A DNA stretch of 64,000 nt from Cyanobacteria bacterium auto_48_18. Lineage in GTDB: Bacteria; Cyanobacteriota; Vampirovibrionia; Obscuribacterales; Obscuribacteraceae. Under the pieces are notes generated by a model that worked only from the letters and a program-made list of their open reading frames with translations, ran no database searches and was not told the origin of the DNA. Shown one piece after another: positions 19,067 to 28,390 of the stretch (the stretch's first letter is position 1; each line of letters starts with the position of its first letter). Made by a program: the position numbers and the translations under genes. The DNA lies in the NCBI GenBank assembly GCA_036170915.1, contig JAVHQC010000015.1, forward strand, positions 115,798 to 179,797. Reading direction: 5' to 3'.

Positions 19067-20242
19067 TTAGTCTGACATACCTATTAATTTTACTGGAATT
19101 TTTACGGCGCGTCCGCTTCGGATCACAGTCAGTGTAACCACTTGGTTTGACTTCTTGCTCTCTATATACGACATCAGGCCATCCACAGTGTTTGTGGGAA
19201 TGCCGTCAGCTTCAAGAATAATATCTGCCACTGTGAAATCGGGCTTCTGCAAAACCATACCGTTGCCAATGTCATATAACACCACTTTTGGTCCGGCAAG
19301 GCCGGCTTTTTCAGCCGGGCTGCCTTTGGCCACGCGCAGTACTCTGACGCCGACTTCGCCGGCAGGAGTGACTTCCACTCCAAGCTCAGGTCGCAGAACT
19401 CTATGATGCTCAAGAATTTGAGGAATAACATTTTTGGCAATATTTATAGGTATAGCAAATCCGACGCCAGAACTGAGGCCGTTGGTAGTGTAAATGGCGG
19501 TAGTAATACCGACTACACGGCCCAGGCTGTCTAGCAGCGGCCCACCAGAATTGCCGGGATTAATGGCAGCATCGGTTTGAATTACGCCCTTGATTAAGCG
19601 GCCCTTGGCCACGGGGATGGTTCGACCAAGCGAAGAAACCACGCCAACGGTCATGGTGCGATCAAGGGCAAAAGGATTGCCGATGGAAAAAACGCGACGC
19701 CCTACTTCTAATTGTGATGAATCACCTAAAGGAATAATCGTAAGTTTTGAAGTTTCAGGGGGCTTGATATTGACTATGGCCAGGTCGGTTTGCTTGTCGA
19801 TACCCTTAACCACTCCGTGAAAACTGCTGCCGTCCCACAAAGTCACACGCACGTGTTCAGCGTCGTTTACCACGTGATAGTTGGTGAGAATATTGCCGTC
19901 ACTGGAAATAATTACGCCTGAGCCGCAACCTTCAGCTGTGTGATTGAGAGTGTAATCTTCAGCCGAGGCCACAGGCGCAATGTTGACCACGCCACGATTA
20001 GCGCCTTTGTATACGGCGATGTTGACGATTTCGTCATTTGATAATGTCGCTGGTCTGATGTCGTTGACAAAAACTTTGTCGGCGGCCTTAACTGATTGGC
20101 TTTTGATCTGTTCAGCAGCTTGTCTGCTTTTCAATGTAGATGTTTTGGTTGCCGGGCTGACAGCACTGGCACCATCAACAGTGGCAGCCCATAGACACAA
20201 ATGCAGCAGAGTAAAGCTCGTGAGATAACTGTTTAATTTCAC
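19067..20242 (-). CDS. HtrA/DegP-family serine protease (trypsin + PDZ)
   Basis: GSGVII, TNYHVV, DLAIV, QTDAAINPGNSGGPL, C-terminal PDZ; signal peptide. Confidence 0.93.
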   Translation of the reverse strand: MKLNSYLTSFTLLHLCLWAATVDGASAVSPATKTSTLKSRQAAEQIKSQSVKAADKVFVNDIRPATLSNDEIVNIAVYKGANRGVVNIAPVASAEDYTLNHTAEGCGSGVIISSDGNILTNYHVVNDAEHVRVTLWDGSSFHGVVKGIDKQTDLAIVNIKPPETSKLTIIPLGDSSQLEVGRRVFSIGNPFALDRTMTVGVVSSLGRTIPVAKGRLIKGVIQTDAAINPGNSGGPLLDSLGRVVGITTAIYTTNGLSSGVGFAIPINIAKNVIPQILEHHRVLRPELGVEVTPAGEVGVRVLRVAKGSPAEKAGLAGPKVVLYDIGNGMVLQKPDFTVADIILEADGIPTNTVDGLMSYIESKKSNQVVTLTVIRSGRAVKIPVKLIGMSD

Positions 20243-20245
20243 TTT

Positions 20246-20959
20246 TTACTGTTCACTTTCGCTAGTGACTGCCGTTGCCTCTGGGCCCGCTGGACTTGCT
20301 GAACTTGCTGGACTCTCTGTTGTTGCTGACGTTTTTTTACCGAGAGTGATACGTGGTTCTGTTCCGGCCACGAGCCTTTTGATATTGGAAACATGCCTGG
20401 CCCAGACATAAACGCAGCCAATAACTGCATAAATTACATAGGCCTCAGGATTTTTTAGCCACCACATAAAAATGACATTGACAAAAGCAGCTACAAGAGA
20501 AGCAAGTGACACTATTCTGGTGGTAAATACAATTGTGAGGAAAGCTCCGAAGGTCAAAGGCAAGAGCAGCGGGCAAAAGGCCACCATGGTGCCAAGACCG
20601 GTAGCAGCGCTTTTGCCACCTTTGAAGCCAAGAAAGATCGACTTACTGTGACCAACAAGCGAAATAGTTGCCACTACCACCGGTACCAGATGTGGCAGCC
20701 CGAACAATGTCCAGCCAGAGGCTTGTTGGCCCTGATCGAAATGCATAGCAACCAGTACAGGGATGTAGCCTTTGAAAAAATCCAGCACCATGACAAGGAT
20801 GCCTTCTTTTTTGCCCACACATCTGTAGACATTAGTAGCACCTGTAGAACCTGAGCCCAACTTGGTAATATCGATGCCTTTGGCTTTAGCCAGCCAGTAA
20901 CCAAAAGGCAGCGAACCAATTATGTAGGCGGAGCTAATTAAAACCAGCGCTAATACCAT
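20246..20959 (-). CDS. plsY: Glycerol-3-phosphate acyltransferase
   Basis: YIIGSLPFG, GSGSTGATNV, GHSKSIFLGFKGGKSAAT, HVSNIKRL. Confidence 0.95.
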   Translation of the reverse strand: MVLALVLISSAYIIGSLPFGYWLAKAKGIDITKLGSGSTGATNVYRCVGKKEGILVMVLDFFKGYIPVLVAMHFDQGQQASGWTLFGLPHLVPVVVATISLVGHSKSIFLGFKGGKSAATGLGTMVAFCPLLLPLTFGAFLTIVFTTRIVSLASLVAAFVNVIFMWWLKNPEAYVIYAVIGCVYVWARHVSNIKRLVAGTEPRITLGKKTSATTESPASSASPAGPEATAVTSESEQ

Positions 20960-20962
20960 CGA

Positions 20963-22336
20963 TCATGACTCTTTCTTTGCACGCGTGAATATTCTGATTG
21001 GAGCTCCGTGGAAACCAAAGGCTTCGCGCAGTTTGCGCTCTAAATAAGCTTCGTAGTTTTTCGCCATTAACTTACCATCGCTGACGAAAAGCAAAAATGT
21101 AGGTGGGGCTACCGATACTTGAGTAGTGTAATAGACTTTCAGTCGCTTTCCCCGCTTAGAAGCAGGTGGTGGCACCAAGGCTACGCTTTCATTGATGATT
21201 TGATTGACCAGTGCCGTGGTGATGCGTTTGTGAGCTTCAGCATATGCCCGAGCCGACGCTTCAAGTATTTTTGGCACACGCAGCTTACTCGTAGCGCTGG
21301 TGAAAACCACCTCTGCATAAGAAAGCGCTCTCAGCTGACGTTTTACTTCTTCGGTAAAATTAGTCATCGAGCGCGATGAGCGATCTTCAATCAAATCCCA
21401 TTTGTTGATAACAATGACAGCGGCTTTTCCTGCTTCTTCAATTTTGCCGGCAATTTTTTGATCTTGGTCAGAAATTTCAATACCGGCGTCGAGCACGAGC
21501 ACGCAGACGTCGGCTCGGTCTATAGCTTTGAGAGAACGCACTACTGAGAAAGCTTCAATGCCATAGTCTACTCGTGATTTGCGACGAATACCGGCGGTGT
21601 CAATCAGTGTCAGTTCGCGGCCATGCACTTTAATGGGAGTATCAACAGCATCACGGGTGGTGCCAGGTACCTCTGAGACAATGGCACGCTTAGAGCCGCA
21701 TAGAACGTTAGTTAGTGACGACTTACCCACGTTGGGGCGGCCGACGATGGCTATGGCATAAGGCGCGGTATTGGGATCTTTTTCTTCTTCTTCGCCTTCT
21801 TCCGGATAAACAATTTTGCCTGCGCCCTCAGGGAATTTTTCCACGATGGCATCAAGCAAGTCGCCCACGCCGCCGCTGCCCTGCATGGCGGAAAGGCCCA
21901 TTGGCTCTCCAAGACCGAGTTTATAAAATTCCATGACATTGTTATTGTCTTTCATGCTGTCAATTTTATTGACACCTAAAAGTACCGGCTTTTTCACTTT
22001 GCGAATGATATTAGCTACTTCTTCATCCGCTCCGGTAAGGCCTTGCTTGCCATCCACAACAAAAACAATCACATCGGCCTGGACAAGCGCTTCTTGCACC
22101 TGGTCCAGCACGGCTCCTGCCATCATGCCATCAATTTTGCCGTCTTCGCCCTGAATGCCGCCGGTATCAACCAGCAGAAATTCACGGCCATTCCATTCGC
22201 AATCGCGATAAATGCGATCTCTAGTGACGCCCGGCGAGTCGTCGACAATGGCGTACTTGGCGCCTATACAACGATTGAAAAAGGTTGACTTGCCTACGTT
22301 CGGGCGTCCAACGATTGCTACTACTGGTTTTGACAT
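20963..22336 (-). CDS. der: Ribosome biogenesis GTPase Der (EngA)
   Basis: Two G domains (GRPNVGKS, DTGG/DTAG, NKID/NKWD) and KH-like C-terminus. Confidence 0.97.
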   Translation of the reverse strand: MSKPVVAIVGRPNVGKSTFFNRCIGAKYAIVDDSPGVTRDRIYRDCEWNGREFLLVDTGGIQGEDGKIDGMMAGAVLDQVQEALVQADVIVFVVDGKQGLTGADEEVANIIRKVKKPVLLGVNKIDSMKDNNNVMEFYKLGLGEPMGLSAMQGSGGVGDLLDAIVEKFPEGAGKIVYPEEGEEEEKDPNTAPYAIAIVGRPNVGKSSLTNVLCGSKRAIVSEVPGTTRDAVDTPIKVHGRELTLIDTAGIRRKSRVDYGIEAFSVVRSLKAIDRADVCVLVLDAGIEISDQDQKIAGKIEEAGKAAVIVINKWDLIEDRSSRSMTNFTEEVKRQLRALSYAEVVFTSATSKLRVPKILEASARAYAEAHKRITTALVNQIINESVALVPPPASKRGKRLKVYYTTQVSVAPPTFLLFVSDGKLMAKNYEAYLERKLREAFGFHGAPIRIFTRAKKES

Positions 22337-22342
22337 GCTCTT

Positions 22343-24484
22343 CTATTTTTTGTCCGTATCTTTGTCCGGACCCTGGCGCATGGTGAACGGTTTGCTTTGT
22401 GAATCCCTAGCTTGGCTTTGCTGGCCGAACTTTTTACCCAGCTTAGGCGCCTGAGCTTCTACCCATTTGATCAAGGTATCTTTGGCAAGATTGAGATAGA
22501 CTGCCGTCTCTGTATCTCCCCCCTGGTCTGGGTGTACACCTGGAGCAGCAATTTGTGCTTTCCAGGCTTCGATAATTATTTTGCTGGTCAACTCTTCTGG
22601 TCTGACTCCTAGAATCATGCAATGCTTGCGAATATCAGCAGGCACTGGTGCCACCCGTGGTGTTGGTATGGTAGAAATTGGTGGCATCTGATTGGTTGCT
22701 TCGCCCACAGGACCACCAGCCGGAGCCGCAGCAGGAGTTTTGCCGCCCACAAATTTGTTGCGCACGCCCTGACGAATGGCTTCGAGATCAATGGCGGCAC
22801 TAGCGCCGGTTTCACCATCAGACGCTGTGGGGGAACCGCTAGCGCCTGACGTTTGAGAATCGCCTACAGCATCACCATAAGCAGCTGCCGAGCCCGCGTC
22901 TCCACCTGATGCAATGGCTGCATCCATCAATTGATCAAACGAACCGACCTGGCTGGGGTCATTATCTTGAGCTTGTTTGATTCTGGTTTTGATTAGGTCG
23001 CGCAGATCTTCGTTAGAAACTTTGGGCATCGCTGAAGTTTCGCTCTGGCTAGCAATTCTTTCATTTTGAGAATTAACCGGCGTGATGATCACGTCTTCGA
23101 TAACTTCAATGTGGCTTAATTCGTCCATATCTTCGAGGCCTTCGAAAATATCAAGTTTATCGAGATCAAGAATGTCAGGAATTTCATCGTCGCCGGCAGG
23201 CAAAGCGTCAAGTTTGTCAAAAGTGGCATTGGCTTGACGCCCCTCATTCTTGCCATTGCTCGACTTCTGCATCTCGGCCAGCGTAGGATAATTTTCGCCT
23301 GTGAGACCGCCGTCATACTGATTGACATAATCAAGCTGATAAACATCAGCTGCGCTGACTGCCGGCTTGTCGACAGATTTTGGCGCACTAGATGCGGTGC
23401 TCTCGCTTGTAGCATTGCTGCTGACGATAGGCTCCTCCGGCGGATCGAAAGAAATATCAGGCATGTTGGATTTTTTTCTGCTGCGAGCAGGCTCAGCCGC
23501 AGCTGGAACTGTGGGTGTGGGTGTGGGTGGTGCCGCTGCCGTATGAGCTACGTCCACGAACTCGTCTACATCTGGCGGGCTAAGAGGTTCAAAATAGAGA
23601 TTGGTATTAGGGCGGCCAGCTACGGTACTGTATTGATAAACAGTCTCGATTTGCTTCCAGCTCAATGCTCCATATACCTCTGAGACATTGATCGGTGGCC
23701 GATGGTCGCTAACCGCGTTGAAGCTTTGATCGTTGTAACCCACTGCTTTAGCTGGTGTCGGCTGTTGGGCAGGCAAAGCCGGTTCCGAATGATCAGCGCC
23801 GCGCTGCTCTTTCGGCAGGGCTTGCGGCTCAACAATGGCTGGTTTTACTTCGGGTTCACGAGCCTCAGCCTGGTGCAGACTTTCTGCTATGGGTAAGTCT
23901 TCGTCGGTAATACTTCCCGTAGATTGCTCTTCGCTGCGAATAGAAGCTTTAGCTGTTTTGGAAATTTCAGTTGGTGGAATTGTCTGCGATTGCTCTTTTT
24001 GTGAGCCGGTCTTCTGCTTGCTGGACTTTTCTATACCTTCAGCTTCGGCCAGGGCTTTTTCTTTGCCTTCAGCCAGACCCTTTTGATAGCCAAGTGACCA
24101 GGAATTCTGAAGCTGCAAAGCCAGAGTCTCAGCTTCTTGCTCAAGTTCAGAAATATTGGCCTCTAACTCAACTACTCGCTCGGCTAATTCAGAGCCCCTG
24201 TCGTAGAGGTCTTGATTAATCACCGTGGCATTCTCAAGCTCAGCCGTCAGTTCTTTGCAACGGCCACCCAGCTCGCTATCGTAAGAGTAGGTGCTACCGT
24301 CACCGCGGGCATCCATGATTTTATCCATGGCCAGTTTGTTGCTGAATACCGCCTCTGGAGCTAGTTCTGCCGCAGCCGCCACAGAATAAGGGTTGAGATC
24401 CCAATCTTGAGCCCGCAGTGAGGCAATGGCTGCGTCAATGGCCTTCAGCACAATCTCTGCGGATTTTTCAGGTTCCTTAGCCAT
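22343..24484 (-). CDS. Large acidic disordered protein with N-terminal HTH/coiled coil and C-terminal J-domain
   Basis: C-terminal CMILGV..IIEAWKAQIA..HPDQGGD..YLNLAKDTL; heptad coiled coil at about residues 75-125. Confidence 0.7.
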   Translation of the reverse strand: MAKEPEKSAEIVLKAIDAAIASLRAQDWDLNPYSVAAAAELAPEAVFSNKLAMDKIMDARGDGSTYSYDSELGGRCKELTAELENATVINQDLYDRGSELAERVVELEANISELEQEAETLALQLQNSWSLGYQKGLAEGKEKALAEAEGIEKSSKQKTGSQKEQSQTIPPTEISKTAKASIRSEEQSTGSITDEDLPIAESLHQAEAREPEVKPAIVEPQALPKEQRGADHSEPALPAQQPTPAKAVGYNDQSFNAVSDHRPPINVSEVYGALSWKQIETVYQYSTVAGRPNTNLYFEPLSPPDVDEFVDVAHTAAAPPTPTPTVPAAAEPARSRKKSNMPDISFDPPEEPIVSSNATSESTASSAPKSVDKPAVSAADVYQLDYVNQYDGGLTGENYPTLAEMQKSSNGKNEGRQANATFDKLDALPAGDDEIPDILDLDKLDIFEGLEDMDELSHIEVIEDVIITPVNSQNERIASQSETSAMPKVSNEDLRDLIKTRIKQAQDNDPSQVGSFDQLMDAAIASGGDAGSAAAYGDAVGDSQTSGASGSPTASDGETGASAAIDLEAIRQGVRNKFVGGKTPAAAPAGGPVGEATNQMPPISTIPTPRVAPVPADIRKHCMILGVRPEELTSKIIIEAWKAQIAAPGVHPDQGGDTETAVYLNLAKDTLIKWVEAQAPKLGKKFGQQSQARDSQSKPFTMRQGPDKDTDKK

Positions 24485-24609
24485 CGACGAAATTACAGTC
24501 TCATGTAGGTAATCACACAGCTACAAGGCACAAAGGCGCATTTTGTTAGACTGGTGAATACATTTTAGCCTGTAAAACAAACCATAGAAAGGACGAATCT
24601 GGTTTTTAT

Positions 24610-24918
24610 ATGCAACGCCTGGCACAACTGACAATTCGCGGCCGCGTCCAGGGGGTCTTTTATCGACAGAGTACTAAGCGTGAAGCCCACGGATTGGGCC
24701 TTCAGGGTTGGGTGAGAAACCAGGCCGACGGCACTGTACTGGTGCTCGTGTCGGGGCCAGAGCCTGCAATCAAAGCTTTAATCGGTTGGTGTCAACAGGG
24801 GCCGCCGTCGGCGAAAGTCGACACAGTCGAGGTTAGGTGGATTGAACACACAGATGCTGAGAGTGAAAAATTGAGTGAATATGAACTTAAATTCAGTGAT
24901 AAGTTTGAGATTCGTTAA
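24610..24918 (+). CDS. acyP: Acylphosphatase
   Basis: GRVQGVFYR, GWVRNQADGTV, GPPSAKV. Confidence 0.95.
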   Translation: MQRLAQLTIRGRVQGVFYRQSTKREAHGLGLQGWVRNQADGTVLVLVSGPEPAIKALIGWCQQGPPSAKVDTVEVRWIEHTDAESEKLSEYELKFSDKFEIR

Positions 24919-24953
24919 CGATTTAAGCCAGCGAATTTGAAAGCTGGCAAGAG

Positions 24954-27302
24954 TTAGCCGATAAACCGAGATCCTGGACCTTCGAAAAGCTTATACGCTT
25001 CCTTGACCATCAAAATTTCGTCGCTACCTCGAGCATTTTCGCCGTTGCCCGAAAAATCAGGTGTGACTTTGGGGCCTCCCGATTGCCAGGCACCCGTATC
25101 TTTGCTGCGCGGTACCCAGGGTTTTTTCTCGCCCTTGCTGTCACCTTTGGATGACGACTTTTGTTCTGGTTTACTTTCGGCTTTGAACTCGGCTTTGGCC
25201 GGCGCTGGCTTCGGAGTTGGACTTGAATTTGGACTTGAATTTGGACTTGAATTTGGACTTGAATTTGGAGCTGGACTTGGAGTCGAGCTTGTGCTGGGTG
25301 CGCTGACCAGCGCCGGACCGGCAGCCGGGCGCGGCGACTCTTCGTTTTCAGAGTCGCTAATTTGAGACATTTCGGGTGGATAGGGTCTGTAAGGGGCCGG
25401 CCTGGCCGGCTCTCCGGGCTCGTCAGCCATTCCGCCGCCGGCACTTCGCCCGGCTGACTCAGCCTCTCGACCGCTGCTTGCCCGACTGGCCGCGGGTTGT
25501 CTCACCGCTACTTCTTCGCCAATCACTTTGACTTTTACGAACATATCTTTGCCGGTCAGAGTTTTGATTGCGCCTTTGATGAAATCAAGTTTGCGCTCAA
25601 GGGTGCTGACAAAATGTTCTTTACGCACACCAATGACAAATTCGTCGTCTTTAAGAGAGAGCGCAAAGCCGTGTTGATTGACGATGCTGAATGTAGGGAT
25701 ACTTTTCTGATGCAAATAATCCATGAGCTTAGACCAGAATTCGTCTATTTCTTCAGTCGATTCATGAGCCATGCTCAAGCTACTCACCACAGCTGGTGCT
25801 GGTGGTGTAGCTGGTCTAGCCGCAACAGGTGCGGCCTCTTCAATTTCTGAGTCTTCTTCTTCCCGCTCGAGTGGCAACTTGGCGGCAGGTTTTTCGAGTT
25901 GTGCTTGATTCTCCGCCACACTGTATGTGGTATCAGGCACTGTGGTCGAAGCCTGTGCTGCTGGCTGAGAGGCCATGGCCGCGGGCCTGGTCGGTGCCGG
26001 AAGCGGTGCAGGAGCCGGTGCCGGTGCAGAAGCCGGTACAGAAAAGGGTACTGGTGCCGGTACTTTTGGTGGCGCTGATGCCGCAGGGATATAGGGCAGC
26101 GGCGCACCGCCGGCGATGGCGGCCTCTAGTTGTTCTACCCTGGCCGAAAGTTCTCGCACCATTAAAATGTCATGGCGGTGGCAAATGGAAAGTAAACCCA
26201 CTTCAAGAGTTAGAGCCGGCTGTGTGGAACGGCGCAAGTTTGTTTCAAGGCGATCAAGTTGTTCGACTATTTGTGTTAGTTCTGATCCGTCGAAAGCCGG
26301 AGCCAGCTTTATCACTTGATCAATATAATTTTGCGTGCCAGATATGAGCTGATTGATAAGCGGCATTTCGCCATCAGCTGAAGGCGTTTTCTTATCGCCC
26401 AGGTGCAGAGCCTTCGCCATGCTAAGGAAATGCTTGGATAATTCTAGTGCCACCAGGGACGGTTCTCTGCCCTGGCTCAATAAACTATGTAGGGCGATCA
26501 GCACGCTTGACCCATCACGGTCACGAATACCTTCGCTGATTTGCACCAGCACGTCTTCGTCAATGGCCCCGAGCAAACTTAGCAAGTCGTTGATAGATAC
26601 CGGCTTCTCCGGCGTAGAGAGCAAGCTCGCTTGATCTAAAAGGCCCAGAGCATCGCGTAAACCGCCGCCTGATCTGCGGGCAATTAAATCAATAGCTTCT
26701 TCAAGAATGGAAATATTTTCCATTGCCGCTACTTTGCGCAAATGCTGAGAAAGATCTTTGTGATTAGCCAGTCTGAACATCAAGCGCTGACAGCGACTAA
26801 GGATTGTCGGAGGCACTTTGTGTTCTTCAGTGGTAGCCAGAATGAAAATTACATTAGGTGGCGGCTCTTCAATAGTTTTCAGCAGAGCATTAAATGCTTC
26901 TTTAGTCAGCATGTGACATTCGTCGATGATGTACAACTTGAAGCGTCCGCCCTGAGCTACCAGCGGTGCGCGTTCAATCAAAACGCGAGCATCATCCACA
27001 GAGTTGTTGGACGCCGCGTCGATTTCAAATACGGCCGGCGAATTGCCAGCTGTAATTTCTACGCATGTGGTGCAAGTCAAGCACGGTGTGGCAGTAGGAC
27101 CATTCTCACAATTGAGTGACTTGGCGAGAATTCTGGCGCTTGAAGTTTTGCCGCAACCTCTAGGCCCGGTAAAAAGATAGGCATGAGCAATACGATCGTT
27201 ATCAATGGCATTCGTCAGGGTCTTGACCACTGACGTCTGACCCACCAGATCATTCAATGACTGAGGGCGATGTTTTAAATAAAGTGGGTTATACGACTTC
27301 AA
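24954..27302 (-). CDS. dnaX: DNA polymerase III subunit gamma/tau
   Basis: KHRPQ, GPRGCGKTS, Zn module, EIDAASN, IIDECHML, SRCQ; Pro/Ala/Ser-rich linker. Confidence 0.97.
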   Translation of the reverse strand: MKSYNPLYLKHRPQSLNDLVGQTSVVKTLTNAIDNDRIAHAYLFTGPRGCGKTSSARILAKSLNCENGPTATPCLTCTTCVEITAGNSPAVFEIDAASNNSVDDARVLIERAPLVAQGGRFKLYIIDECHMLTKEAFNALLKTIEEPPPNVIFILATTEEHKVPPTILSRCQRLMFRLANHKDLSQHLRKVAAMENISILEEAIDLIARRSGGGLRDALGLLDQASLLSTPEKPVSINDLLSLLGAIDEDVLVQISEGIRDRDGSSVLIALHSLLSQGREPSLVALELSKHFLSMAKALHLGDKKTPSADGEMPLINQLISGTQNYIDQVIKLAPAFDGSELTQIVEQLDRLETNLRRSTQPALTLEVGLLSICHRHDILMVRELSARVEQLEAAIAGGAPLPYIPAASAPPKVPAPVPFSVPASAPAPAPAPLPAPTRPAAMASQPAAQASTTVPDTTYSVAENQAQLEKPAAKLPLEREEEDSEIEEAAPVAARPATPPAPAVVSSLSMAHESTEEIDEFWSKLMDYLHQKSIPTFSIVNQHGFALSLKDDEFVIGVRKEHFVSTLERKLDFIKGAIKTLTGKDMFVKVKVIGEEVAVRQPAASRASSGREAESAGRSAGGGMADEPGEPARPAPYRPYPPEMSQISDSENEESPRPAAGPALVSAPSTSSTPSPAPNSSPNSSPNSSPNSSPTPKPAPAKAEFKAESKPEQKSSSKGDSKGEKKPWVPRSKDTGAWQSGGPKVTPDFSGNGENARGSDEILMVKEAYKLFEGPGSRFIG
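25217..25269. repeat. 12-bp in-frame tandem repeat x4.4 in dnaX (SPNS)
   Basis: TTGGACTTGAAT at 25217, 25229, 25241, 25253. Confidence 0.95.
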
Positions 27303-27378
27303 GGCGTGGCCACGAGCTCTTGCACTCCGATTTCAGGCATTCCTGAGACAGTTACATTTTAGCGCACTGAGGTCGAAC

Positions 27379-28377
27379 TCAGTTGGCGATTGAACATTTC
27401 TCCAATTGACTCAAGTATTGTGCTTTTTCGGATGGTTCAATGAAAGCCGCATTGATTGAATTGCGGCAGAGCTTGATTTCGTCAGCTCTACTGATATTCA
27501 GGGCGCTGACCACAGCGCGGAAATTGTCGTCGACATAACCGCCAAAGTATGCCGGGTCGTCCGAATTAATAGTGGCATTAAGCCCCAGGTCGAGCATGCG
27601 CTTAATATTATGATCGGCCATTTTGTCGAAGACTTTTAGTTTTACATTTGAAAGCGGGCAGACTGTGAGCGGAATGGCTTGCTCTCTCAGTGTCTCAATC
27701 AGGCGCGTGTCTTCAAGACTGCGCACACCATGATCGATGCGCGAAACCTTGAGCAAATTGATCGCCTGCCAAACATACTCAGGTGGCCCTTCTTCGCCTG
27801 CGTGAGCAACAGTTATAAATCCTTCCGCCCGCGCTTTATCAAAAACTGTTTGGAATTTTGAGGGTGGATTGCCCACTTCAGCAGAGTCAAGGCCAACTGC
27901 CACAAATTTGTCGCCAAAAGCCAGTGATTCTTTGAAGACGCTCATGGCTGACTCTTCGCTTTGATCGCGCAAAAAGCACATGATTAGCGAGCTTGATAAA
28001 CCGTATGCTTTTTTTGACTCTGATACCGCTTTGTGCAAACCGTTGATTACGGTTTCAAATCTGATACCACGAGCCATGTGTGCTTGCGGATCAAAGAACA
28101 ATTCGGCGTGCACCACACCCTGGCTGCTGGCCCGCGCAAAATATGCAGATGCAAGATCAAAAAAATCTTCTTCGTTCTGCAAGACATTCATGCCGGCATA
28201 ATATAGATTGAGAAACGACTGCAAATCTTCGAATTGATATGCTGCTCTAAGCGCTTCAACTGATGGATAGGGCACTTTAAGCTTATTGCGCTCAGCGATA
28301 GCAAAGATCAGTTCTGGCTCAAATGTACCTTCAATGTGCAGATGTAATTCAGCTTTGGGCAGTATATTTGCTTTAAT
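27379..28377 (-). CDS. Adenine/adenosine deaminase; N-terminus extends beyond the ORF-track start, probably from a non-canonical ATT
   Basis: In-frame upstream LPKAELHLHIEGT; AHAGEEG, RIDHG, VCPLSN, NSDDPAYFGG. Confidence 0.9.
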   Translation of the reverse strand: MKANILPKAELHLHIEGTFEPELIFAIAERNKLKVPYPSVEALRAAYQFEDLQSFLNLYYAGMNVLQNEEDFFDLASAYFARASSQGVVHAELFFDPQAHMARGIRFETVINGLHKAVSESKKAYGLSSSLIMCFLRDQSEESAMSVFKESLAFGDKFVAVGLDSAEVGNPPSKFQTVFDKARAEGFITVAHAGEEGPPEYVWQAINLLKVSRIDHGVRSLEDTRLIETLREQAIPLTVCPLSNVKLKVFDKMADHNIKRMLDLGLNATINSDDPAYFGGYVDDNFRAVVSALNISRADEIKLCRNSINAAFIEPSEKAQYLSQLEKCSIAN

Positions 28378-28390
28378 TGTCGCTTCGCCT

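Noticed and set aside
24927..24948. GCCAGC/GCTGGC hairpin as acyP/dnaX terminator
   Set aside because: 6-bp stem with 10-nt loop and no clear U tract; too weak to call
27303..27378. SRP RNA (ffs) expected upstream of dnaX
   Set aside because: Only 76 nt and lacks the conserved SRP helix 8 motif; none seen upstream of ybaB-recR either
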